A stretch of 64,000 nt of DNA from Fistulifera solaris (lineage: Eukaryota), in assembly GCA_030295235.1 (NCBI GenBank), contig AP026131.1, forward strand, positions 1,240,001 through 1,304,000, read 5' to 3'. Within the stretch, counting starts at the first letter, position 1. Every line of letters begins with the position of its first letter. The notes under the pieces were generated by a model that ran no database searches, was not told the origin of the DNA, and saw only the letters and a program-made list of their open reading frames with translations. The position numbers and the translations under genes are program-made. Below, one piece after another: positions 50,401 through 62,190 of this stretch.

Positions 50401-53217
50401 TTCGTACTTTCTGTATCGGCGTGGCAAAGCGAGCCCCACCAACAGCAACAAAACCCTGCCGAACGCCGTTTCCAGACGATCAAGAATACTGCCAACCGCA
50501 TCTTAGACCGTGCCGGCCACCTTCTACGTGGCTTCTTTGTCTTCAATACGTGTGCTTCCTCCTCAACCACACGTACAATCAAACTTTGAAGACTGTTCCG
50601 TTGTTGGCGTTGACGGGTTCGACTCCTGATGTTAGCGTTCTTTTGCGCTTCTACTTCTGGCAACGTGTTTTGTATTTGAAGCACGACTACGGTTTCCCTT
50701 CTGATTCTCCTGAAGGCCTTGGCACTATCGTCGGTATTTCCGAACATGTTGGGCCCGCTCTTTGCTGGAAGATTCTCACTGCTGACACCAAGCAAGTCAT
50801 TTGCCGATCTTCCGTTCGTCCGTACACTGAGGACGACCCTAATTTGCGCGCCGCTCAGGCTGCCGGGGAGATGTCTTCTACTACTTCTGCTCCTGTCATC
50901 CTGTCCCGCAAGGATTCAGTCACAGAGAAAATTTCGTTTTCTCTCAGCCCTCCGACGACGCAGCGACCGTGCCTCCTCCTCCACCGCTTCGTTGATGTCG
51001 AAGATTTGATTGGTCGAACGTTTCTGACAGATGTGGCTTCTGATGGTCAGAAACACCGAGCAAAGATTGCACGCCTCGTCGACGATTTCGATTCTTCCGT
51101 TGAACGAGTACCAGAACGAATCAAGTTTGTGTGCAAGGTTGGAGAATCCGAAGCCGAAGAAGTTTTCAGCTATGCCCAGATCATGGCATACCTAGCTCGA
51201 GACGCGGATGCCCCTGTTTGGAAGTTTAAGCACATCATTTCGCATCAAGGTCCCCTTAAAGATGGAGATCTCGACTACAAAGGTTCTTCCTACAATGTAT
51301 TGATCGGGAATGGGAGAACGGGAGATCACAGCTGAGCCTCTAAATGTTATTGCTTCCGATGACCCTGTGACCTGTGCTATTTATGCCAAGGAAAATAACC
51401 TCTTGGATGTTCCCGGTTGGAAAAGATTCAAGTCCATCGCAAAAAGACACAAGAAGTTCGTCCGGTTGGTGAACCATGCTAAGCTTCGCTCCTACAACAC
51501 GGCTCCGCGATACAAGTATGGTTTCGAAATTCCCGTGACTATGCACATGCGATGCGTCTAGACGAGCAAAACAAGAACACCAAGTGGAAGGATGCCGTTG
51601 CCTTAGAGTTGCTTCAAATTCAAGAGTACGAGACCTTCAAGGATTTAGGTCACAAGTCGGTTGGGAGGCCTCCTCAAGGTTACAAGAAAATTCAGCGTCC
51701 ACTTAGTTTTTTGACGTCAAGCACGACGGGCGTCACAAGGCTCGACTGGTGGCAGACGGACACTTAACCGATATCCCTACTGAGTCTGTCTACTCCGGCG
51801 TTGTCAGTTTACGGAGTTTCCGTCTGGTTACTTTTCTTGCCGAGCTTAATTCTCTCAAGTTCTGGGCTACCGACATCGGCAATGCCTATCTCGAGGCGTT
51901 TACCTCCGAACGCGTCTACATTGAGGCTGGACCTGAGTTCGGGGAATTGGCTGGTCATATTCTTCTTATCAGCAAGGCCCTTTACGGACTACGGTACCAG
52001 CAGCGCCGCAATGGGCCGATCGATTGGCTGACGTTATGCGCGAATTGGGTTTTCAACAATGCAAGGCCGATCCCTACATTTGGCTACTGACGCGAACGAA
52101 GATGTTTACGAGTATGTTGCGGTCTATGTTGATGATTTGGCCTTAGCGATGAAGGATCCTCAAGCGTTTGTCGACTTGCTAACGAAAGAGTACAAGTTCA
52201 AGTTGAAGGGAACCGGCCCAGTCAGTTTCCATCTCGGAATGGACTTCACTCGTGACAAGGATGGTACTCTTTGCATGTCTCCCAAGAAATACACCGAAAA
52301 GATCATCGCGAATTACGAGCGAATGTACGGGGAGTCGCCCGAAACAGAATGTCACTTCACCGTTAGAAAAGGGCGATCATCCGGAATTGGACACTTCAGA
52401 GTTTCTGGATGAGAAAGGTACTCGAGATTACCAGTCTTTGATTGGTTCGTTGCAATGGTTGATCAGTATCGGGCGCTTCGACATCATGACTGCTGTTATG
52501 ACGATGTCCGGCGTTTCGTTCTGCTCCGCAAGGGTCATTTGGATCGCGTTAAGCGGATCTTTGGATACGTTTAGAAGATGCGGAACGCCGCCATTCGCTT
52601 TCGTACAGGGGTTCCTGATTTGTCCGATCTACCTAATTTTGAGTACGATTGGTCCAAGTCGGTTTACGGTGACGTGAAAGAGGTTGTTCCCCATGATGCT
52701 CCTGGACCTCTCGGCAAGGCAGTTGTTTCTACACATTATGTCGATGCGAACTTGATGCATTGCGTGGCTACGGGGAGATCTGTGACTGGTATTCTACATT
52801 TCCTTAACCAGACGCCGATCGATTGGTATTCCAAGAAGCAAGCTACTGTCGAGACGGCTACGTATGGATCCGAGTTCGTCGCCGCAAGGACTTGTGTTGA
52901 ACAAATCATCGACATTCGAAACACACTTCGCTATTTGGGTGTTCCTATCCGAGACAAGGCTTATATGTTTGGCGATAATCAATCGGTTGTCAACAGCTGA
53001 CGCAAGTTCATGCCAAGCTTCACAAGCGTCACACGATGCTTTCCTTTCATCGAGTTCGTGAGGCAATTGCGTCTGGTATGATTGCTTTCCTTCACATCCC
53101 TGGCGACATGAACCCGGCCGATATTCTCAGTAAGCATTGGGGATACTCGCAGATCTGGCCGGCGTTTTGAAGGCTGTGTTGTTTTGGATGGGTGACACCT
53201 CGGAGATCGAAGACTAG
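47500..53217 (+). CDS. Gag-Pol polyprotein of A, heavily frameshifted in this assembly
   Basis: PR LLDRGANGG-like motif (~49230), IN (LLSDRAQ, PAERRFQTIK), chromo-like segment (~51220-51430), RT (TDIGNAYL, AVYVDDL), RH (YVDANLMH, WYSKKQATVETATYGSEF, NPADILSK). Confidence 0.9.
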
Positions 53218-53348
53218 GATTCCAAGGTGTCGAGTGATATTTGTGGTTATGTGTTGAGTGGTTTTACATGTTTATATGTCTGAGCGAGGCAAACAGGGAT
53301 GGAGTTTGGTTTGAATTGGTTTGGATTTGGATTGGAGACCGTGTCTGC

Positions 53349-53361
53349 GAGAAGACGGGAG
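53349..53361 (+). other. Polypurine tract of A
   Basis: GAGAAGACGGGAG immediately before the second LTR. Confidence 0.8.
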
Positions 53362-53870
53362 TGTCAAATTATATTTAGTTCTGGTCATGAGTATTCGGGA
53401 CTCCTAGTGTGTGTGGAGTGTACTTACTGTCTTTGTGATAGTGAGTTTGTGTATCCGGTACTCATGGTATCTTTTTGGGGTTCGCTTCCGCACATCGGAA
53501 GTTTGGCGCATGTGCAAGTTCTTCTCTTGACACGTCGCAGAGGTGTGCGTAGTGTGTGGTATAGTGTTCTACGTGACGTATAAGTTGGTACCAGAGCTAA
53601 GGAAGTTATGTTTAAGTCTACGACGGCATAGTACTGGTCAAGTGTCGACGTCGACAAGATTTGGTTCAAGATCACAAGATCTTGACTTCATTTCCGCCCT
53701 CTTTTGCAGTCTCACATGAATAACAATAGTGAATTTGGTTTGCCTCGACTTTCCTTGTTCGCTCTATTCTATTGCATCCTGTCTCTTGAAGACAAGCTTT
53801 CTTTCAGTCTCGCTTACTGTTTTGAAGATTCGTTTCGGGTGAGCTATCTGTGCGCTCCCGGAATTTGTCA
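53362..53870 (+). repeat. Second LTR of A (509 bp), also acting as 5' LTR of the tandem partial copy
   Basis: Differs from the first LTR only by three small indels that I could see; followed again by the PBS (53871-53884) and gag. Confidence 0.92.
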
Positions 53871-55135
53871 GATTAACAGTCGCAGTTTCGCTTTCAAGTT
53901 TCGCTTTCCGTCCCGCCATGGTTCTCTCTCGAGCTCAATCGCGGGCCGCTTTCAACCACGTGATGGACAATGTCCTTGGCCGTGGTGATGATTCTACTCT
54001 TAAGCAAGCGTTGGTGTCCGCGAGGGTTTCTGGACATCTACTTGCTCCTCGAGTTACGTCCTTTGGACATCGGAAGTCTTGAGTTTCGCGAACGGCCGGC
54101 GAAAACTTCCCAGTCGCTTCGTGGTGATAAGACTTTGTTGTATGCCTTCCCTCGAGTTTGTGTCTCATCGTGGTCGTTCTGGTGACCCGATCGATGACTG
54201 GTTGGCGGTCACTGAAGACGGGTTCAATGAGTTCCGCTTAAGCCCCGAACGCGTTTTCGATCGCGAACAACCTCGAGGCCCCCGGGGTTCCTGTTCCCCC
54301 TCCTGTTGCATCCCGTGCGCGAGGGAATGTCTCCCGCAGCTCTTTTCAAGCGTGGTATTAAACGTGATCCTTCTCTCTTTCCTACTCTCAAGGACGAGAG
54401 CTTCAACGACGCCCTGGCATCGTTCTTTTGTCAATCAGGCCCGAGCTCAAGATGTGGAAGAGGTGCTCAACGAGGATTATGCCCCTACTACTGAAGACGA
54501 AGAGAGTTGTTCGACGAAAAACAGAAGTTTCTCTACGCCGTCTTGGAGAGTAAGGTGCTTACGGACCAAGGAAAAGCCCTTATTCAGCGACTACGAAGAC
54601 ACTTACGACGCCCAAAAGGTCTATGCAGCGTTGAAGCGCCATCACCTACAGTCTACCAAGGCCCAGATGGATTCGGCAACGATTCTATCCTACATTACTT
54701 CCGTTCGTTATGGAGAAGGTCATCGTGGTGGTACTGCATCTGGATTCGTGCATGATTGGATTGAGCAAGTTCGCCGTTATGAGCGCATGTCCGGTGACCC
54801 CTTTTCCGATAAGCACAAGCGAATCCTACTTGAGAATGCTGTTAGTACTGTCGCTGAGTTCCGTCAGGTCAAAACTAGTGCTGATTTGGAGTTGACCAAG
54901 AATGGAACGGAGTTAACTTTCGAGCAGTACTGCGCTCTCTTGATTTCCCGCTGTGTCTCAGTTGAAGAACAAGCCAAACGCAAGTCTCAGCGTCGGTACT
55001 GTTAACTTCCATGAGACTTATGCTTCCGATTTCTGTGATGAGGCCGGTACTGGGGAAGTTGACCTTTCTGGTTATCTTGTGGACTCCGATGTTCTTGTTT
55101 CTGAGTGGCAAGTTAATGCTACTGACCGGCGTTCT
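53871..55135 (+). mobile_element. Tandem truncated second copy of A (PBS plus gag)
   Basis: Near-identical to 47453-48717; ATG at 53918; ends abruptly at ...gaccggcgttct. Confidence 0.92.
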
Positions 55136-58100
55136 TTTACCGAGGATGGGGACTCCAAGGTATCGGGCGTTTGGCGCATTTCCACGATCTGGTCAGTGGC
55201 GGTTTTTGCTGCTACAAACTCACTGCCATACGTGGCTGTCTCAACTGTCGCCTGTTTCTTCGAATACCAGTCCCATGGAGTGCGATTGAGGAAGTGCAAG
55301 ATACCCGTAACAGCCTTGCCGGTCAACATACAATGGTACAAATTGGCGTCGACATGCGTGACTGTGGTAACCGGTTTGCCGAGAGGTTCCGGGGAGATCA
55401 TCAGGCAATACTTCCCTCGACGTTACCATACACGGAGTACTCCCAATCGTATTCGACGTCCGGTAATTGGGAGAAGTCAGGTTCATCAACGAGGACTCGA
55501 ATAGAAGAGTTCCGGAATTTGGACACAAAACCGAAGATACGCTTGACTCGCTCCAAATGTCCAAAACGGGCTGTGCTCGGAAAGGATGACATTGTCATTA
55601 CTGCCGTAAAAATGTCGAACTTCCCGATTGTTACCAGCCACTGTAGTGCTCCAATAAGTGACTGGTATAGCTTAGTCTTTTCGTCCTTGAGGAACTCCGT
55701 ATCGTCCAACTCTGGGTGGTCACCTTTCTCCAGGGGAGACTGATAGAACTTGGGCGGATGACCGAAGATGCACTCAAACATCGTCACGACACGCTCAATA
55801 TAGCCGCGCTGGGAGATGTGCAGGGCCCCCTTTTTGTCCTTTTCTTCGCCCGGTTTAGTCTTCTCACGGAAGAAATTCATCCCGAGATGGAATTCCGGCG
55901 TGCCTGTACCCTTGAGTTTGAACTTATGCTCGATCTCCAACTGATTGATGATCTCTTGTGCATCCACTGCAGCAATCAGGAGGTCGTCGACATATACTGC
56001 AATATATTCCCATAGATTGCCCTTGCGACGCATCCAGATGTCAGGCTCACATTTCGATGGAGAGAAACCCATGGAGCGCAAGACGCTGGCGAACCGGTCA
56101 TGCCATCGGGCTCCAGAAGAGCGTAGTCCATACAGTGCCTTCACTATGACAAGCACATGTCCTGCAAGCTCTCCAAACTCGGGCCCGGCGATGAAATACA
56201 CCTTCTCCTTCGTGTCAGCCTCAAGGTACGCATTCCCAATGTCGGTGGACATGAGCTCGAGTTCATTCAACTCGGCGAGGAAGATTACCAAACGCACACC
56301 ACGGATGGTAACGACACCAGAGTAAACGTCCTCCAACGTTAAATCCGTTAAATGCCCATCAGCAACGAAGCGTGCTTTGTGCCGACCGTCGTGTTTTACG
56401 TCAAAGACATAATGGCAACGGATGCACTTGTACCCGTTCGAATCTCAACGGCCCCTTTCTGCCCTAGGTCACGGAACGTGGAGTAGTCAAATAGCTGGGA
56501 ATTCTCCAACACGATTGGCGTCTTTCCAATTGTTGTTACCGTTCTCCTTGTCGAGCTGAATTGCATGCTTCGAGTTTCTTGGGATTTCGAAACCGTACTT
56601 GAAACATGGTGTCGTCCGCACGCACGCAACTTTGCTTGGTTGACCATGCGATGGAAAATAGCGCCTCGCTGATGCCGGCTTTCTTGAATCGCTTCCAGCC
56701 TGGTGTATCCAGCAAGTCATTGTTGCGAGCGTAAATGGCACACTCAATGAATGCCTCGCGGGCAGCTACAGACAGCGGCTCCCAAGTGTTGGTTCCGTCT
56801 CCCCATTCGACACGAACATTCCATTTGTCGCCATCTAACGGACCTTGATGCTCAACAACCCGACGAAAGGTCCATTCAGGTTCATCAGCGGTCTCCTTGC
56901 TGATATATTCCATCAGTTGTTGGTAGTCAATCATCTTCTCGTACTTGCCGTTATTGATGGAACAGCGGAACTTGATGCGATCGGGATGTTTCTCGAATGC
57001 TTCATCAGCGTCCACAACGGCAATGATCTTGCTGCGGAAGACTTGCCCTTCGACTTGTCCGTCCTCTACATCACTCTTGTGGAGGAAGGTACGACCGGTG
57101 AGAGTAGTAGGGTCCACGATGGGTACTGCGAACTGCTTCGCATCCAGATCGGGAGTGGGGACGACCGAATCAGCATGGTGACGAACAACGTCAGCACGGC
57201 TGCGTAAGTGAGGCACCGAGTCCTCCCCACGGAGCAGAGCAGGGTCCAAAGGATCGGGGACCGCTGGAGGAGGGACCTCCCCATGAGTGGAAGCACTGGC
57301 CTCCCCATCTGAAGGCTCCCCATGAGAAAGGCCAAGGGGGGCATTACGCGATGCAGACCGAAGTCGAGAGGAGATAGCATCAGCCAGGACGTCGGCGGCA
57401 GTGGGGAATGCCTCGGGAAAGTGGGGGTCGACTCGAAGATTCGGATCAGACGGATCATCAGCGGGACGAACACCGGAGCAATGAACTGACGAGTGTCGTG
57501 GGTAAGAATGCGAAAGGTCATAGCGTTACCCACGTTGTGCTCAATACCCACAAAATACCCCAAGTTTTCAGCGATTCCGAAGGAAAAGAGTTGTCATCAA
57601 CGCGATACAAGACCCGTTGAAAGAAGTGAAACAGCAAGAAGGGGCTGATGTCAGGTGTGCTACCGTCCAAGAGCTGCATGGGAACGCCCTGGAGGCGAAG
57701 ATTGTAGGTGTGGTTGAGAACGTCACACACGTACAAGAGACACTCAAACCAGAGGTTAGCGGGGGCACCAGTGCGATCGAGAACCGTGTTGGTGACGCTT
57801 GATGTCTTGTATGCGTCGTTCAGCACGATTCTGATGCTGATAATGTGGTTCACTTTGCCACTGGGGAATGAACAGCATACGGCAAATCTGCTTGACCTTG
57901 GTGCTAGTCTCGGATTTGGCACTGTCACTGATGAGCTTGGTGGGGCCATGGAGAGCGATGACATCCATCAACGCCTTGGAGAAATCCGATTCGGAGCGAA
58001 GAGGAAACACATTGGTGACCAGTGTGTCGACACCCACAAAAAGCTGGACTTTCGTGATACCACGGCGGTGTGCGAACGTCGGCAAAGAAGGTATCCGTGG

Positions 58101-60997
58101 CAATGGCTTCTTTGCGGCGAGCAACATTGAGCGCTGGATTGGGCGATTTGTAATGCTTCTTGAGGACGGTACCCTCAGAGAGTCGCGTGAGCTGTGTGGT
58201 ATTCTCGAAGGTCTTCTGGATAACATCGGCGGGCTGGTAGGCAAACAGCGGCCGGAGCTTCTCAAAATCGGGATAGTGTCGAATGAGCAGAGGCGATGGG
58301 ACATCAACGAGGGCACGGTTGTGGTCGTAGACTTGAAGGGTGTCCCTATAGTAAGTATGGACTGCAATGGCATCGAGAGACAATTCCAAGGGTCCAATCG
58401 GCCGGAACAAGGACGATATCGGGCATGTCAGGAAGAGGATCGGGTACGAGGCGAATATACTCTAACGTATCATCGTCATGCGGTGCACCCAGAAGCTCGT
58501 GGAAAACGGTAGATCCATCAGACTCAGCAGCGGTGGTAGCCGTCGAGGAATCATCGCTCAGAGGCGAGATGTATATCGGAGCAGAGAACGGTGCGTCATC
58601 AATGCTGAGCGGCGCATGGTGGTATGCATCACTGACGTCAAGGGCAGGGAGAAGTACATGCCCATACGGCTTCAGCGAAGACGTCGCAGAGCAAGAGTGG
58701 GATCGACCATCGGTTGAACAACTTGTTGATGTTGTCGGAGTTCACCAAATTCATCGAACAAATTGTTGCCACTGGCATCACGAGCAATGGGATTCAGGTG
58801 GTCGTGGGCATCGTAGGCATCAACCTCCCCATCATATGCACGGGGGTCCCATTCATCCTCGGAAGTCATGAGTTCCTGCCGCATATCGCTGTAAGTCGTC
58901 ATTAGTGGGACGGCGTGGTGGTAGACGGACCAGCCCGTCAAGGATGGTCAAGGGTAACTTGTAGCCATGTGGCGTAATGATGCATTGACTGCCTCCAAGA
59001 CGAGTGGAACGGTCATCAACGCGACATCCATAGTGTTCCATCTGCACGGAAGAATGAACTGTGGTACCACGGCCGAGGTAAGCGTACTGCGGAAATAGTA
59101 GAAGGACAGGACCATCCGTGGAGTCGGCGATACCAGCAACAGTGCCGATGCGTACGGACGTGAGTTGATGGTTATCGAGTCCTTGGATATTGACTGTCCG
59201 ACCTGGGACGTAACTAAGAAGTTGGACATCCTCGCCACCTACCCCTCCGTTGGCTCCTCTGTCAACAAGCGATTGCATGGCGGATGCCGACACAATATTG
59301 TTGGAGACGACGTAATGATGCGTGCAGACAATACGTTCTGTAAAAGTGACCTTACGACTTTCCTTGGGGGATGCCTGAGCACGATCACCTACTCCAAGGA
59401 AGTTCTTCATTGAAGCTGGATGCGATGAGGTCTTGGACTTTGATGTCAATCCAGTGGCCGTCGAGTGGACGCCAATAGCTCCATTAGTCGTTTCATCGCT
59501 ATCGGTAGTAGCGGCGGCACCGTGAGCCTCGAGTTCGTGAACATTGGCGGCGATAGGTCGATTGATGATAACCGACTTCCCGCATCAGACAACTTGTCCC
59601 AAGCTTTTCGATCGCTGGCCGACAGAGCATTCCATTGTTCCTTTGTCAATCGCGGAGATCGGCCGGAACGACGGCTACGGGTAGCATAAACTTCATAGGC
59701 AACATCATAGTCATTGTCGCCGAGAGAATCGTCACCCGGGTTGATCTCTGAGTCAACTTCGTGCATGTAGACCTGCTGACTTTTACGAGGCGACTGAGGA
59801 TGCTGCTCGAGCTTGTAATTGTCATCATGTAATGATGCCGTGGAGTGAAGCAATTTCATGTACTGGTCGAAGCCCTGTGGGCTACCAGTCTGACTTTCAA
59901 TTTGTTCGGCATGTACAGCGACTTTGTTCAAGCATGGTATGCGGCGAACAGCGTTCTCGAAGATACTTTTCTTATGCTCGTCGGAGAAATGCTGTGAAGC
60001 CGGCACAAGCTGCTCATATTCACGGATATCTCTCTCAAGTTGAAGCAGGTACTTGTCGGTAAGAATCAGCATGAACCGAAGGATTGAGCTGCGCTGCCAT
60101 GATGGCACGATGCTTATGGCGAGCATCGATGCGTGCGTAGGTTGACGAGGTGTAGTAGGATACAAGATCTCGGAAAACCGCCTGTGCATTACCATCCGGC
60201 CGAGTGATCTGCAAGAATCTGTCGCGCTTTGTCGGTTTTGAGAACTGTGTCCCAAACTGCAATCATATAGCGTTGCTGTTCGACGAACAATTCTTTATCT
60301 TCATCACTCTCAGCAATGTATTCGGAGTTCAACACTTCAGGGCACCGTTGCGCGGCTGCCTGACGGCGAAGTAGACTCCAGCCATTCGAGCCATTGATTG
60401 TCGTTTTTGAATACCTTGAAGACAGACTGCTCGCGACGTTCACGGCGAAATGCGTCGGCCTTTGAAACATTATTGCTGGAAAACGAAGGCGACTCGGATA
60501 CTGAGCTAGCACGGCCGGGTGCCTGGTTTGCAGGAGAACTCATCAATCCCTGATCACTGAAGCGTCCTTGTTGACTGAGTCGACGAAGAAGCTGTTCATT
60601 ATCAAAACACTCCTTTAGCGTGAATTGCGACGGAAAGCTTTCCATTGTTGGGGTGTCACGCGTAGAAACAAGGAGTCATCGGCATTTGGTAACGTATAAT
60701 ATTCAGTGCTGTTCACAAAGTACTTGAATGACTGAATAGACGGTTCCAAAATAGACGGGGCGTGAAACCGTTTCCCATCTTCGGTAGTAAACTTCAATGT
60801 CTCAGCAGTGCCGTCTCTCCAATCGGCCAAAATCTGCTCAATTGTCGTGTATTTATTTTGCACCAAGGCCTGGTACATATCCGACTCCTGTTGCCAACCG
60901 AACAAGTTGATGAAGACATGATCGAACGGTGTCATGGTAGTCTCCCCCTGTTCCGGTTGGGAAGATTGAACGATTGACTCCTCGTTCGCCGTGTCAT
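55136..60997 (-). CDS. Gag-Pol polyprotein of B, frameshifted, RNase H C-terminus missing
   Basis: PR LVDRGANGG, IN (LISDSAK, QNRAERRIQDIK), chromo-like VRVEWGDGTNTWEPL, RT (TDIGNAYL, AVYVDDL), RH (HVDANLYH, WYSKKQATVETATYGSEF) cut after LGVPILGK. Confidence 0.9.
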
Positions 60998-61260
60998 CTC
61001 CAGTAACACGGGTACCAACTGTGACCCCCCGGTGGGGTCGCTGAAGAGAGGTCCGTATCCTCGTTCAAAGACATCGCAAGTTGCTATGAGTCCAAACAAG
61101 CAACTCTTCCTTTGCAAGAATGACGTGCGGACGGAAGATATGCAAACGATGTGTCTTGCAAGTGTGTTGTTATTCGCGGCTAAGCAAGCGAACGAACACA
61201 AGCGATCGGCAAGAACACACTCAATGAATCAACGATACAAGTCTTTCAGAAGATAAGACT

Positions 61261-61274
61261 TGCGACTGTTAATC
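61261..61274 (-). other. Putative primer-binding site of B (GATTAACAGTCGCA on the minus strand)
   Basis: Plus strand tgcgactgttaatc directly abuts the LTR at 61275; identical to A's PBS. Confidence 0.85.
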
Positions 61275-61675
61275 TAATGAAAGATTAAAACGAAGTTGTT
61301 CCAATCTTTATGCGAATAGATGAGTTGCAGTCTAGACCCGCGAACGCCGAATGACGCTGCCAGCGAATCAATTGACAAACAACAAGAAACGAACCACAGC
61401 TTGGTTCCGAACGATAAGGCTCTCACTATACGGGCCGGGCCAACTGGCAATAAGCTCTCTATCTCCTGCAATTGCCAAATGACAATCTCAACAGAAGAAA
61501 ACGTAACGACAAGTCGAACGCGCAATAGAAAACTCAATAATAAGACTATAAAGATTTTACTTTTTCACGAAGAATCCAAATCTCACAGACGAGACATTTG
61601 TCAACGTCAGATTTGAATGTCGCATAGGGAAGACATAAGTACCACACGGTACTCCAAGGGTCGAAGATCTCAATA
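61275..61675 (-). repeat. 5' LTR of element B (401 bp, TA...TA termini)
   Basis: Inner boundary fixed by identity with 46849 onward and by the PBS; outer boundary fixed by TSD CTGAT; imperfect terminal inverted repeat TAATGA/TATTGA. Confidence 0.85.
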
Positions 61676-61715
61676 CTGATGTTGCAAAAACACTTTGAAA
61701 AGGTGGCACAATAAG

Positions 61716-62190
61716 CTAGAAAAAATACGGCTACGCCCTGGGATGTGGGGCTTCTGAGTCACGACCGTTGACTACTTTCTACGCCATACCAAAATGCTCA
61801 CCATGACAAAATCTTAAAAATATCGCATTCGACGAGGCAGCCGCCCGCACTGCCAATCTTTTGTGTACCCTCGAGCTCCGCTCTTTTTTTTTCGAAAACT
61901 CCATCGAGGCACATCCCGGCACCATGGCCAACCTTTGCCATTGAAATACAATGTATTTTAGATTCGATTATAGACCAAATAAATTAGATATCGCTTTTTA
62001 ATATCATCAAGAGATAAAGTCCGCGTTATTTTGTCTATAATCGTGTTTAAATAAATATCGTTATTTCACGTGTTGACAGCAGCGGCGAGGGTGACAGGAT
62101 GACAGACAACGACGGAGACGAGCAACTTTTTTACAAAATGGTCGTGACTCAGAAGCCCCACATCCCAGGGCGTAGCCGTATTTTTTCTAG
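61716..62190. mobile_element. MITE, 475 bp, with 51-bp perfect TIRs
   Basis: CTAGAAAAAATACGGCTACGCCCTGGGATGTGGGGCTTCTGAGTCACGACC at 61716-61766 is inverted at 62140-62190; flanking direct repeat CAATAAG. Confidence 0.93.

Larger units (their letters stand above)
46939..53870 (+). mobile_element. Full-length Ty1/Copia (CoDi-like) LTR retrotransposon A
   Basis: LTRs 46939-47452 and 53362-53870 (TGTCAAATT...AATTTGTCA), PBS, PPT and gag-pol in Copia order. Confidence 0.95.
46849..61675 (-). mobile_element. Ty1/Copia (CoDi-like) LTR retrotransposon B; interrupted by element A, with its 3' part deleted
   Basis: 5-bp TSD CTGAT at 46844-46848 and 61676-61680; 46849-46938 identical to the start of 61275-61675; gag-PR-IN-RT-RH on the minus strand. 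Confidence 0.9.

Noticed and set aside
61261..61274. tRNA-Asn gene
   Set aside because: Only 14 nt of the anticodon arm are present; the position fits a PBS, not a gene
13091..61274. Functional linkage between the QTGAL-like gene, HisRS and the tRNA-Asn-type PBS
   Set aside because: Loci are tens of kb apart, the TEs are recent insertions, and QTGAL acts on tRNA-Tyr; co-location is most likely chance
61278..61587. Canonical TG...CA boundaries for B's LTR (TGAAAGATT...AATCTCACA)
   Set aside because: Flanks ATTAA and GACGA do not form a TSD, whereas the TA...TA boundaries give an exact CTGAT TSD and a flush PBS
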